A stretch of 62,539 nt of DNA from Alphaproteobacteria bacterium (GTDB lineage: Bacteria; Pseudomonadota; Alphaproteobacteria; Rs-D84), in the NCBI GenBank assembly GCA_009782315.1, contig WRJH01000001.1, positions 1 to 62,539 on the forward strand, given 5' to 3'. Every line of letters starts with the position of its first letter. The first letter of the stretch is position 1. The position numbers and the translations under genes were made by a program. The notes beneath the pieces were generated by a model. It was not told where the DNA came from, did not search any database, and saw only the letters and a list, made by a program, of their open reading frames with translations. Positions 35,114-43,092 of this stretch are shown here, one piece after another.

Positions 35114-36476
35114 ATAGTTCTTCCGGAATATGCAATGCCGTGCCCAGATAATTCATAACCGCAGTGTTGTCGATATTGGCGGCAAGTCCCACGCTGGATG
35201 CGGCAGAAAGGAACGTTAAAATCTGCGTCACGCGTTCGTCCGCGGCCAGGCGTGCAATCGGCGCGACATAGCAAAGCCGCGCGTCGGTATGCAGCGAAAT
35301 CGGGTCTATCGCGCCGCGCCGCGCCAATATGGCAAGGCCCCGTTCCACCATCGGCCGGATGAATTCGCACAAAAGGCGACCGTATGTCGCGCCCAAAACG
35401 CGCATCATGTCCGTGTTGCGCGCGATGATTTCCGTCGCGGTCATTTCCTTGTCGGATAAAATCGACAAACGGTCGGCAAGCAGCGCATGCCGAATCCGTG
35501 CGCGCAAATCGCCCAGGACCAGTTGCGACACGTCGAAATCCGCGCCGCTGCGCAGCGGCGTCAGGCCGGACGACCCGACGGCTTTTGGAATAATCGCGCC
35601 GGGGGTAAGGTTGATGTTGGACAGATTGATGACGCCGTCGTCGTCCGCCTGCCAGATTCCGGACACCGCGATGGTCGCGTTTTTCAACACCAGCTCTACG
35701 ACCTTGTTCGCGGTCTTTATATCGGGCAGGGCGCGCATGACCGGACTGCGCCCATAAGTTTCGCCCGTCGCCGCGGACCAGCGGAATATAATATACGGAT
35801 TGGTTTCAAATCGGCCCGTCTGCACAATATTGTTTTCCAATTCGCCGCCGCAATCTATCCATGCCGTGAATGCATAGCCTTCGGCGTCCGCCACAACGGA
35901 TTGCACCAGGCGCAGCGGCATTTCCGGGTTTTGTTTTATAGAATCACGAAGTGACGCCGGCGGCGTCCAGGCGGGATATTTTTCCATCATTTCCGCGGCG
36001 GGCATCGATGCGGTATGAAACACCGCGGTGATGTTGTCCGCGCCGTCGCGCAGTATGGATACGTCGTTCATCGGAATTGCGGTAAAAGAAAAAGCGCTTT
36101 TCGCGCCGATTGGATTTTCCGAAAAGAACAGACACGCTGTGCCGACGGTCGCCAAATCCAAATAGGATTGATGCACGGTCGTATAAAAATTGGAATTGTT
36201 CAGATGTCTGCGCAGATATTCCGTCGCATTGTCCGGGTCCGGCGAAAATTCAGTTTCGCGGGCCAGCGATATCCACAAAGATTCCGGCGGCGTAAGCAGG
36301 CTGAACATATTCGCGGCCAGCATGTCGACGGCGTCGCCCGCGGTTGAATCGAACAGTGCGGCCGTCTGGTCGTCCGGCGTTGGTATGGTATAGCGCCGGC
36401 AATCGGCCCAGCGGCGGGCAAAAGCGTCGCGTCCGGCCATTGATTGTTTATATAAAGATAAAAGCTTGGTATTCAT
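35106..36476 (-). CDS. phage portal (head-to-tail connector) protein, podovirus type
   Basis: 456 aa. Size, position next to the terminase fragment, and N-terminal L...Y......R..F..RW..C..Y..P pattern fit podoviral connector proteins. Confidence 0.65.
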   Translation of the reverse strand: MNTKLLSLYKQSMAGRDAFARRWADCRRYTIPTPDDQTAALFDSTAGDAVDMLAANMFSLLTPPESLWISLARETEFSPDPDNATEYLRRHLNNSNFYTTVHQSYLDLATVGTACLFFSENPIGAKSAFSFTAIPMNDVSILRDGADNITAVFHTASMPAAEMMEKYPAWTPPASLRDSIKQNPEMPLRLVQSVVADAEGYAFTAWIDCGGELENNIVQTGRFETNPYIIFRWSAATGETYGRSPVMRALPDIKTANKVVELVLKNATIAVSGIWQADDDGVINLSNINLTPGAIIPKAVGSSGLTPLRSGADFDVSQLVLGDLRARIRHALLADRLSILSDKEMTATEIIARNTDMMRVLGATYGRLLCEFIRPMVERGLAILARRGAIDPISLHTDARLCYVAPIARLAADERVTQILTFLSAASSVGLAANIDNTAVMNYLGTALHIPEELLV

Positions 36477-36533
36477 GTTTTATTTCCTTTGGGTTTGGTT
36501 GGTTTTTTGTATGGGCGCAATATCGACTTTACA

Positions 36534-36661
36534 ATTACTCCCCCCTTGGGGGGCAGTCGACGGCAAAGCCGTCGGTGGGGGGATACATACATATGTATAT
36601 TATTGCCCCCCACCGAAAGACACTTTGTGTCTTTCGGCTCCCCCCGATGGGGGGAGCAATT
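36534..36661. repeat. R1 multi-hairpin element, copy A (intergenic)
   Basis: AATTACTC-C6TTG6-hairpin CGACGGCAAAGCCGTCG-G6[loop]C6-ACCGAAAGACACTTTGTGTCTTTCGG-CTC6GATG6AG-CAATT. Confidence 0.85.
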
Positions 36662-36791
36662 AGCTCATATGGGTGCAATATGTTGCGCCCCTACAATTTT
36701 ACTATTGACCTGGCATGCCGTTTTGGGCAATAATTAACCATGGTCTTAACTGACGGGCGCCGCCCGTCGTGCAATTGTAGGGTTGCCTGTA

Positions 36792-39767
36792 ATGATGAAA
36801 AAATTCCTTTTTGTTGGTTTTATAATGGCTGTTTTCGGCGTCACCGCCGCAAACGCAAGCTATACGGGCCCGCGGTGTTATGATTCCGTCGCTATTGGAA
36901 CCGGGACCACGCAAACGGCGACGTACCGGGGAAACCGCGGGTATTCCCGCGTTCTTGCTGCCAGCTGTCCGACCGGCACCACGAAACAAAACGCATCGCC
37001 GACAAGCGGTTCTATACCGGCGGCATCATCAAACACCGGCAGTGCCAGTTGCGGCATAATATGCCTTGGCAACACGGTCACGATTACGTTGAACAAGAAC
37101 GGCGGTACCGGCAATGTGATGGGTGGCATGCATGGTACCGAAACAACTGGCGGAACCAACGCGACCGGCACGACCAGCGCCACGCATACATGCTATCGTG
37201 GCGTTCCCTGTACCCTGCCAACGCCGAACAATCTTACCCGGACCGGATATAAAGTGATATCATCAAAGTGGCATACCAATACTTCAAACGGCGGAACTGT
37301 TTATGCCTCGGCCACTTCGCTTGCAGATGGAAGTTTTCCGACAGCTTCGACCATGTTATATGCCGGGTGGACGGAAGATACGGTCGCGGTAACACTGAAC
37401 AAGAATAAAGGAAGCGGTGATACACCTGCGACCACGCATTGTGATAAAAGCTCCGGCGAAGAAGATATTGTTTGTAAGTGCCCAAAAGATTTGCCTTGCA
37501 TTCTTCCGCCATCCAGCAGCCTTGTAAATGTCAATCCTATAAGTACAACGCCCGGTTGGGGTAACAAACCCGATTCTCTCACCATATTATATACCACCAG
37601 CGGAACATTCTCTACGACTACAACGCTATATGCTGTATGGACGAAGTGTAATGAATGCGCCACATCCAATGCCAGTTGCAGACTTTCAGTATCCAGTAAT
37701 GCTTGTTCCTATTCAACCAGTTGCAATACCGGCCATACCGGCGGAACGCCAAATACTTATAACCATAGTTGTACTCCATGTGCTAATGGAAGTTTCAAAT
37801 CGACCACGGGTAGCGCGGCGTGTACTCTTTGTAACACTTTGACCGGTGCCAGTCCGGCCGGCGGAACATATACAACCAATCCGGCCAGCGCGGCCACCGC
37901 GAATACGGCCTGTCGATACCAGGCGCCCGCCAAGGCGATTACCGGTTGCCATACCGTTACATCGAATTTAATGTCGTATTCTGGCTCTTCATGGCCCGCA
38001 TCGACTTATGCCGTGACGGCGAAACAGGGGAATGTTATAGCAAGCAACAATACTTCAAGCGCAACGTGTACGTGTTGTGATACGGGGCTCTTCATGGCAA
38101 GTGCGGATGGTCATACTAATACATCGTGCACAAACTGTAATACTGTGCCGACGACGCAGACTGCCCCGCATAGTACGGTTTCCGGCGGAACATATACAAC
38201 CAGTCCGGCGACCTGCGCCACTGCGAATACTACTTGTCGCTATACCGCGCCCGCCAAAACGATTGCCGGCTGTACTGCTGTTACTGCCAATCTGCTTTCC
38301 AATGCGACGGGTTCATGGACTTGGAATTTTTATTCTGTTACTGCGAATTCCGGGTATGTTATAGCTAATAATGGTGCTTCAAATGCAACTTGTACCCAAT
38401 GCAATGGTGCGGTGTATATGGGTGCGGCAAACGGTCATACAAATACCAGTTGTTGGACTTGCCCGACTGCAACAAGCAACTGGACGCGCAATACCGGCAG
38501 CGGCTGGACCAATTGTAATCAATGTAATCAGACACAGATTCCAGATGGATGTTGCACTGCCGTAGATAGTAGTATTGGATGTACTGCGGTTTCTGCAGAA
38601 GCAAAGCGTATTGGTAACAGCAGTACTACATCGACATGCAGTTGGAACACCACATCAGATACTGCGAGTGGGACGATGAGAGCGAAAGCCGGAAGATATG
38701 TATCGGGTGCATTATGTCCAGAGTGTACCGGCATAACTTATTCAGAAGGAGGGACCGTTACGTCATGTACAAATTGTACAACTACAAATTCAAATTATGG
38801 CTTTGACCCTGTTGGGTATGTACGTGACAGAACTAAATCTTCCAGTTGTCTACGGGATGTAGGAAGTGGCAGGCGCGTGGCGTCTGGAAATGCCGAAGGT
38901 CCTATGCCTGCTGGATCTGGTGCTGGTAGTATTTCGTCTGCTGGTGTAATAACTGGCGCGATGTTTAGTAAAAGGCATGCAGTAGGGTTTGGTACTACAT
39001 CCGCGCAAGGGATTTTGATAAATGCTGACAATTCGTTGAATCCTACAGGTAAATCGTGGGATGGAAGTTGTACCGGTCCTGTCTGTTCTTGTGGGCCGAA
39101 TTCAGAAGATTATGGAAATGTTGGTGCCAGTGGCACAGGTCCAGAAAGTTGCTATGCCATATGTCCGGCTGGGAAGAGAGTAAGCACCGCCCAGGCTGCC
39201 TGTGCCGCCATACCTGCTGGGACGGGAACAAGTGCGAATTGGAGCAATCAGCATAATGTTTATTGGGGCAATACATCCGCAACTTGCACTACGGCGGGTT
39301 GTACGAATACCGGTGTCAATCGTTGCCCGACAAACTATCAGAATACCAATGCCAGCGCCAGCGCCCAGACGTCATGTTTCACAAAATGCAGCGCCGGATA
39401 CAGGGTTGCAAGTGTTAATGGCGCATGCGTATGCGTGGGTGCCGATTCTTACAAGGCCGCACATGATGTGAATTATAACAACACTTCTGTTGGCACGGCA
39501 TGCGCGGCCGGTACAAAATCCAGCGGATGCGGAACAGGCGCGGCGGCGTCCACCGACTGCAAGGCGTTCAAGACGTTGAAAACCAGCAAAGGCCAAAGTA
39601 TTATCCTGCGCGCCATCAAAGATACCAGCGCGGCAAAATCATTGGCGGTGAATGTCGGCGGAACGGTGTATTACGGCAATTTGCTGACAACCGGTTCCGG
39701 CGGGGTCAAGCTGAATATAGGCGGCACGGTATATTACCTGACCAATAACCAGTCTTCATCGTTATAA
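36792..39767 (+). CDS. giant secreted Cys-rich repeat protein (about 990 aa) with Listeria-Bacteroides (Flg_new)-type repeats
   Basis: Signal peptide MMKKFLFVGFIMAVFGVTAANA. Segments VTITLNKNGGTG...LTRTGYKV..W.T...GGTVY......LYAGWT match the Listeria-Bacteroides repeat pattern. There are many repeats of GGTYTT.PA..ATANT.CRY.APAK.I.GC..VT.N. Confidence 0.7.
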   Translation: MMKKFLFVGFIMAVFGVTAANASYTGPRCYDSVAIGTGTTQTATYRGNRGYSRVLAASCPTGTTKQNASPTSGSIPAASSNTGSASCGIICLGNTVTITLNKNGGTGNVMGGMHGTETTGGTNATGTTSATHTCYRGVPCTLPTPNNLTRTGYKVISSKWHTNTSNGGTVYASATSLADGSFPTASTMLYAGWTEDTVAVTLNKNKGSGDTPATTHCDKSSGEEDIVCKCPKDLPCILPPSSSLVNVNPISTTPGWGNKPDSLTILYTTSGTFSTTTTLYAVWTKCNECATSNASCRLSVSSNACSYSTSCNTGHTGGTPNTYNHSCTPCANGSFKSTTGSAACTLCNTLTGASPAGGTYTTNPASAATANTACRYQAPAKAITGCHTVTSNLMSYSGSSWPASTYAVTAKQGNVIASNNTSSATCTCCDTGLFMASADGHTNTSCTNCNTVPTTQTAPHSTVSGGTYTTSPATCATANTTCRYTAPAKTIAGCTAVTANLLSNATGSWTWNFYSVTANSGYVIANNGASNATCTQCNGAVYMGAANGHTNTSCWTCPTATSNWTRNTGSGWTNCNQCNQTQIPDGCCTAVDSSIGCTAVSAEAKRIGNSSTTSTCSWNTTSDTASGTMRAKAGRYVSGALCPECTGITYSEGGTVTSCTNCTTTNSNYGFDPVGYVRDRTKSSSCLRDVGSGRRVASGNAEGPMPAGSGAGSISSAGVITGAMFSKRHAVGFGTTSAQGILINADNSLNPTGKSWDGSCTGPVCSCGPNSEDYGNVGASGTGPESCYAICPAGKRVSTAQAACAAIPAGTGTSANWSNQHNVYWGNTSATCTTAGCTNTGVNRCPTNYQNTNASASAQTSCFTKCSAGYRVASVNGACVCVGADSYKAAHDVNYNNTSVGTACAAGTKSSGCGTGAAASTDCKAFKTLKTSKGQSIILRAIKDTSAAKSLAVNVGGTVYYGNLLTTGSGGVKLNIGGTVYYLTNNQSSSL

Positions 39768-39788
39768 ATATTCCCCCATTCGGGGGGA

Positions 39789-40724
39789 TTAAATTTTAAA
39801 TTCCGTTTTTGCATTAATCATTCGCGCGGCACCGCGCGGGCGCAATGCAATCGGCGTCATTCGGAGCGCGCCCGCAACCGCGTCCAGGCCGTCGTCGCGA
39901 TTAACCGTCGCCGCGGGCGACCAGTCCGCCATTTCATCAAATAAACCCGTTTCGCAGACGCGTTCATGCGCATATAATCGTCCGGTGCCCAACAGCGGTT
40001 CTATGGCGTCCAGTATGCGCGTTTCCTTTTTCGCGCTGTTTATAATTTTCCGTATGACCAATGGCTGGCCCCGCGCAATCGACGCGCCCCGTAAAATTTC
40101 AGGTAACGCGTTGCCGATACCATTGACCTCGATTGCAATGTGCCGCAATCCAAAGGCAGCCATGAAATCCAAAACCTGGTCGCATTGCGTGGCAAACGGA
40201 TGCGGGTCGTCCGGGGCCGCCGCCAGATATTTTATGTCGTGTATAAAAGCCGCCCGCGTTTTATCATCGCGCAGGACAAGCGCGATTACGGAACCGTCCG
40301 CGCCGCGCCGCGCCGAAGATGGGTCCCAATAGACCGCATAGCCTGTTATTGATAAATTGCTCCCCCCATCGGGGGGAGCCGAAAGACACAAAGTGTCTTT
40401 CGGTGGGGGGCAAAAAAACTCTTCGCTTATCCCCCCACCGGCGCTGGCGCGCCGACTCCCCCCAAGGGGGGAGTAATTTAATTTTGCGGCGCGCAAATCC
40501 AAATCGCCGTTATAAAATTTTATCGCGTCGGGGTCCAGGCGGGATTTTTCTTCGGATATATATTCCAACATCATCTGGGCGGAAAAATGCCGCGGGCCGA
40601 CGGTTTGGCGAATCTGGTCTATTTTTTCGGGCGGAAAAACCGCAGGCCATGCGGGCGCACCGCCCGCGTCCATTATGGGCATGCGCAAAACGCGGTACCC
40701 GCGCAAAAATGGTGGTGTGTTCAT
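39789..40724 (-). pseudogene. terL: phage terminase large subunit, C-terminal (nuclease) half only
   Basis: YWDPS..GADGSVIALV, HIAIEVNGIG and NRDDGLDAVAGA resemble the RNase H-like nuclease motifs of TerL. There is no ATPase domain here. The complementary N-half is at 56578-57174. Confidence 0.7.
40355..40479. repeat. R1 multi-hairpin element, copy B (inside the terminase C-half ORF, inverted relative to copy A)
   Basis: Its reverse complement has the same five modules as copy A. It is translated in frame as NYSPLGGSRRASAGGGISEEFFCPPPKDTLCLSAPPDGGSNLS. Confidence 0.85.
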
Positions 40725-40750
40725 GATGTGTGATAAATGCTGGTTAGAAA

Positions 40751-40773
40751 CAAAAATCCCGCCAAATGGCGGG
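40751..40773 (-). terminator. intrinsic terminator after the RloB-like gene
   Basis: On the minus strand, CCCGCC-ATTT-GGCGGG followed by ATTTTTG. Confidence 0.55.
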
Positions 40774-40789
40774 CAAGTACAGATTAGTA

Positions 40790-41428
40790 TTAATTCATGT
40801 TTGATATCTCGCGTAGACGGATGACTAATTTGTGTACCAATGTTTTTGGATTATCAATTTTTGTCGAATTGCAAAATCCCACCAAAGCTTTCGAATTTTT
40901 TATAGCTGTATCAGTTTGTTCTTTTATTTTTGCGTGAATACCCTTGGTGTTTTTTGAGTATGCTTTAAACAAATTAACATCCACTTTTATTTTTTTTAGG
41001 TCTTTCACAAGTTCGTTTGGACTGATATATGACTTTGTAGTATAGTTAAAATGCAGCATATACCACAACTCAAAAGATATATTTGAATAAATGGCTTCTA
41101 TTATTATGCGCGTACGGTTTTCTTTTTGCAATCTTTTAATTTTCAGTACGGCATCGTCGAATTTTTCATGTTTATCTCTGTCGAAAACACAATATATTTC
41201 ATCATAATTGTCGATTTCTTTTTCCGCTCTATCTGCTATTTCCAATGGTGTGGAAGCGTCGTGAATTATCTTTGCGCCAAGCTTGTAAGCTTTGCAAAAA
41301 TCTTCAAGGTAAAATTTTCCAGACTTTTTATCTTCTGTTAGAAGCAGAAGAACAGGTTTTGCCTTTGATGTGTTTTCAGGGCGCGTGAAATCGGTCTGTA
41401 TTCTGTTATTTTTTGCTGACATAAACAT
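40790..41428 (-). CDS. RloB/AbiLii-family protein
   Basis: 212 aa. Pattern ...LLLTEDKKSGKFYLE...D..D.IYCVFDRD...F..A.........I..A.SN.SFELW..LHF... matches what I recall of the RloB (Toprim-like) family. Overlaps the 3' end of the ATPase gene. Confidence 0.6.
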   Translation of the reverse strand: MFMSAKNNRIQTDFTRPENTSKAKPVLLLLTEDKKSGKFYLEDFCKAYKLGAKIIHDASTPLEIADRAEKEIDNYDEIYCVFDRDKHEKFDDAVLKIKRLQKENRTRIIIEAIYSNISFELWYMLHFNYTTKSYISPNELVKDLKKIKVDVNLFKAYSKNTKGIHAKIKEQTDTAIKNSKALVGFCNSTKIDNPKTLVHKLVIRLREISNMN

Positions 41429-42659
41429 CTCCTATGTTGGGCAACCCGCCATAGCTACCTTTTTCATATCTTCGTCTGAGAGATATTTTGTCGTTCCTAT
41501 TTTCTTTTTCCAGAACCGAATACAATTCAGAAGAAAATCCATTTTTCCTCTCTATTATATAAAGTTCTTCACGCGAGTGGGTTTCCCAAACTGTCGTATC
41601 ATGGGTCGTATACACTAATTGGGCATTTTTCCTGTTTATATTTTTATCTGTAAACAAGCTTTCGATGTACTCCAGCTCTTTATAATGCAGACTTTTATTC
41701 ATTTCATCAATGAACAATACTTTTCCATTATCCAGAACGTCACACAACGGGCCGGCCAAAGCAAATAAAACTTTTGTCCCATCTGATGCTGTATTATCGA
41801 AATCAAGAGTGATTATTTTTCCGTCTTCCGATTTGTGCATAGATTTTTTTGTAAAGAAATCGTGATTTAAATTGTTCTCTTTTAAAAATTTCATAAATTT
41901 TGGATCAAGCTCTTTATCTTCCCTTTTGTTGATTATCATACCATTAATGCCAACGTCAGCCGAGTCCATAAAATTAAGGATTCTTTTATTGTAATTATCA
42001 TTGCTGAATTGTTTGCAAGTGTACGAATCTGAAAGAAATTCGGGGCTATCCAAAACCCGCATATCTTTGGAAAGATATTTCACTATTTCAGACAGTTCTT
42101 TTTGATTTTTTAAGGTTGCCGCAACCGAAAGAAACAAAGAATTTTTGCGAGTTTCTTTGAACCATGATTTATCAAAATCCGGTATAAACTTTTTGTTTGC
42201 TTCCCATTTATCTTTTTTATTATCTTCTTTCCGTATGAACCAAGTATCAACAGTTTTATTGCCCTTTTGGGTTACAAACAACCATTCTTCGATAATTTCT
42301 GTTTTTGTGGTTGCAAAACCGTACTGATACAGATTGCCATTAATTATGAATACAATTTCAAATTCCGAAGGTTTTTTATCCAATCCTTTCTTTAATAAGT
42401 ACGGATGAATATTTGGAATTTCTTCATCTATTTTGGCACTGTGTGATTCGATAATAATGTCGCCCATGTTATCGAGTGCTTTCAGTAAATTACTTTTCCC
42501 TGATGCATTAGGACCAACTATAACAACCCTGTTCAGTAGGGATGGAACGACAGGAACCCCGGTATCAAAAGCATGTTCAGAGCCTTTTTTCGCTACCAGT
42601 GAAAGAGTTTGTTTATCTTTAAAAGATTTATAATTGGAAACAGAGAAGTTAACTAGCAT
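41406..42659 (-). CDS. AAA/ABC-type ATPase (AAA_21-like, AbiLi/RloA-like)
   Basis: Start at MLVNFSVSNYKSFKD. Walker A GPNASGKSN, C-terminal Walker B-like LFIDEMNKSLH and a TTHD motif. Architecture typical of ATPases paired with RloB. Confidence 0.7.
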   Translation of the reverse strand: MLVNFSVSNYKSFKDKQTLSLVAKKGSEHAFDTGVPVVPSLLNRVVIVGPNASGKSNLLKALDNMGDIIIESHSAKIDEEIPNIHPYLLKKGLDKKPSEFEIVFIINGNLYQYGFATTKTEIIEEWLFVTQKGNKTVDTWFIRKEDNKKDKWEANKKFIPDFDKSWFKETRKNSLFLSVAATLKNQKELSEIVKYLSKDMRVLDSPEFLSDSYTCKQFSNDNYNKRILNFMDSADVGINGMIINKREDKELDPKFMKFLKENNLNHDFFTKKSMHKSEDGKIITLDFDNTASDGTKVLFALAGPLCDVLDNGKVLFIDEMNKSLHYKELEYIESLFTDKNINRKNAQLVYTTHDTTVWETHSREELYIIERKNGFSSELYSVLEKENRNDKISLRRRYEKGSYGGLPNIGDVYVSKK

Positions 42660-42822
42660 TTTTTGCTCCGATTTTACAATTTTTGTAATTTTATAGGGAT
42701 TTAATAGAAAAGTCAAGATATTATGGAAGAGACTTTACATAGCACTTAAAAGGTGGTGTGTTTGGCATGTTTAACAAAATCCTTGCAAACGGGTAAATTC
42801 TGGGTTAATATTGGCCCGCCGT

Positions 42823-42898
42823 TGGGGTATAGTTCAGTCGGTAGAACACCGGACTGTTAATCCGTATGTCGCTGGTTCGAGCCCAGCTACCCCAGCCA
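42823..42898 (+). tRNA. tRNA-Asn (GTT)
   Basis: Acceptor TGGGGTA/TACCCCA, anticodon loop CTGTTAA, T-arm GGTTCGAGCCC, encoded CCA. Confidence 0.85.
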
Positions 42899-42905
42899 AA
42901 AATCA

Positions 42906-42935
42906 AAACCGTCGAAACGACGGTTTTTATTTTTG
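42906..42935 (+). terminator. intrinsic terminator after tRNA-Asn
   Basis: AAACCGTCG-AAA-CGACGGTTT followed by TTATTTTT. Confidence 0.65.
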
Positions 42936-43054
42936 CCAGGGAGTCTGGCGAGAATCCAGTTCGGCGAAAGCCGTTCTGGTTCGACAATGAGTAAGCGAGA
43001 ACGAGCAACGCGAAGTTCAAGCGCTAACGAATGCCGCGCAGCCCGAAGGGCAAG

Positions 43055-43073
43055 CGAACCCAGCTACCCCCAG
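43055..43073 (+). repeat. direct repeat of the tRNA-Asn 3' end (att-like scar)
   Basis: CGAACCCAGCTACCCCCAG compared with tRNA positions CGAGCCCAGCTACCCCAG (42879-42896). Confidence 0.55.
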
Positions 43074-43092
43074 GGTGCGTTTCCACACGCCC

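Larger units (their letters stand above)
34483..40724 (-). mobile_element. podovirus-like prophage/GTA-like structural block A (terminase C-half, portal, small head-associated protein)
   Basis: Contiguous minus-strand phage genes (see individual CDS), interrupted by one plus-strand Cys-rich protein gene. Confidence 0.6.
40751..42716 (-). mobile_element. AT-rich two-gene islet (AbiL-like defence module)
   Basis: Sharp composition drop: hand count gives 16/60 G+C at 41041-41100 versus 37/60 at 43141-43200. Lies between a phage gene fragment and tRNA-Asn. Confidence 0.55.

Noticed and set aside
36661-40355. The inverted R1 pair as a site-specific invertible switch controlling the 990-aa surface-protein gene.
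   Set aside because: No invertase or recombinase gene is present in the window. Inversion would not create an obvious promoter/ORF fusion and would further disrupt the terminase fragment. It is kept only as something to test in read data.
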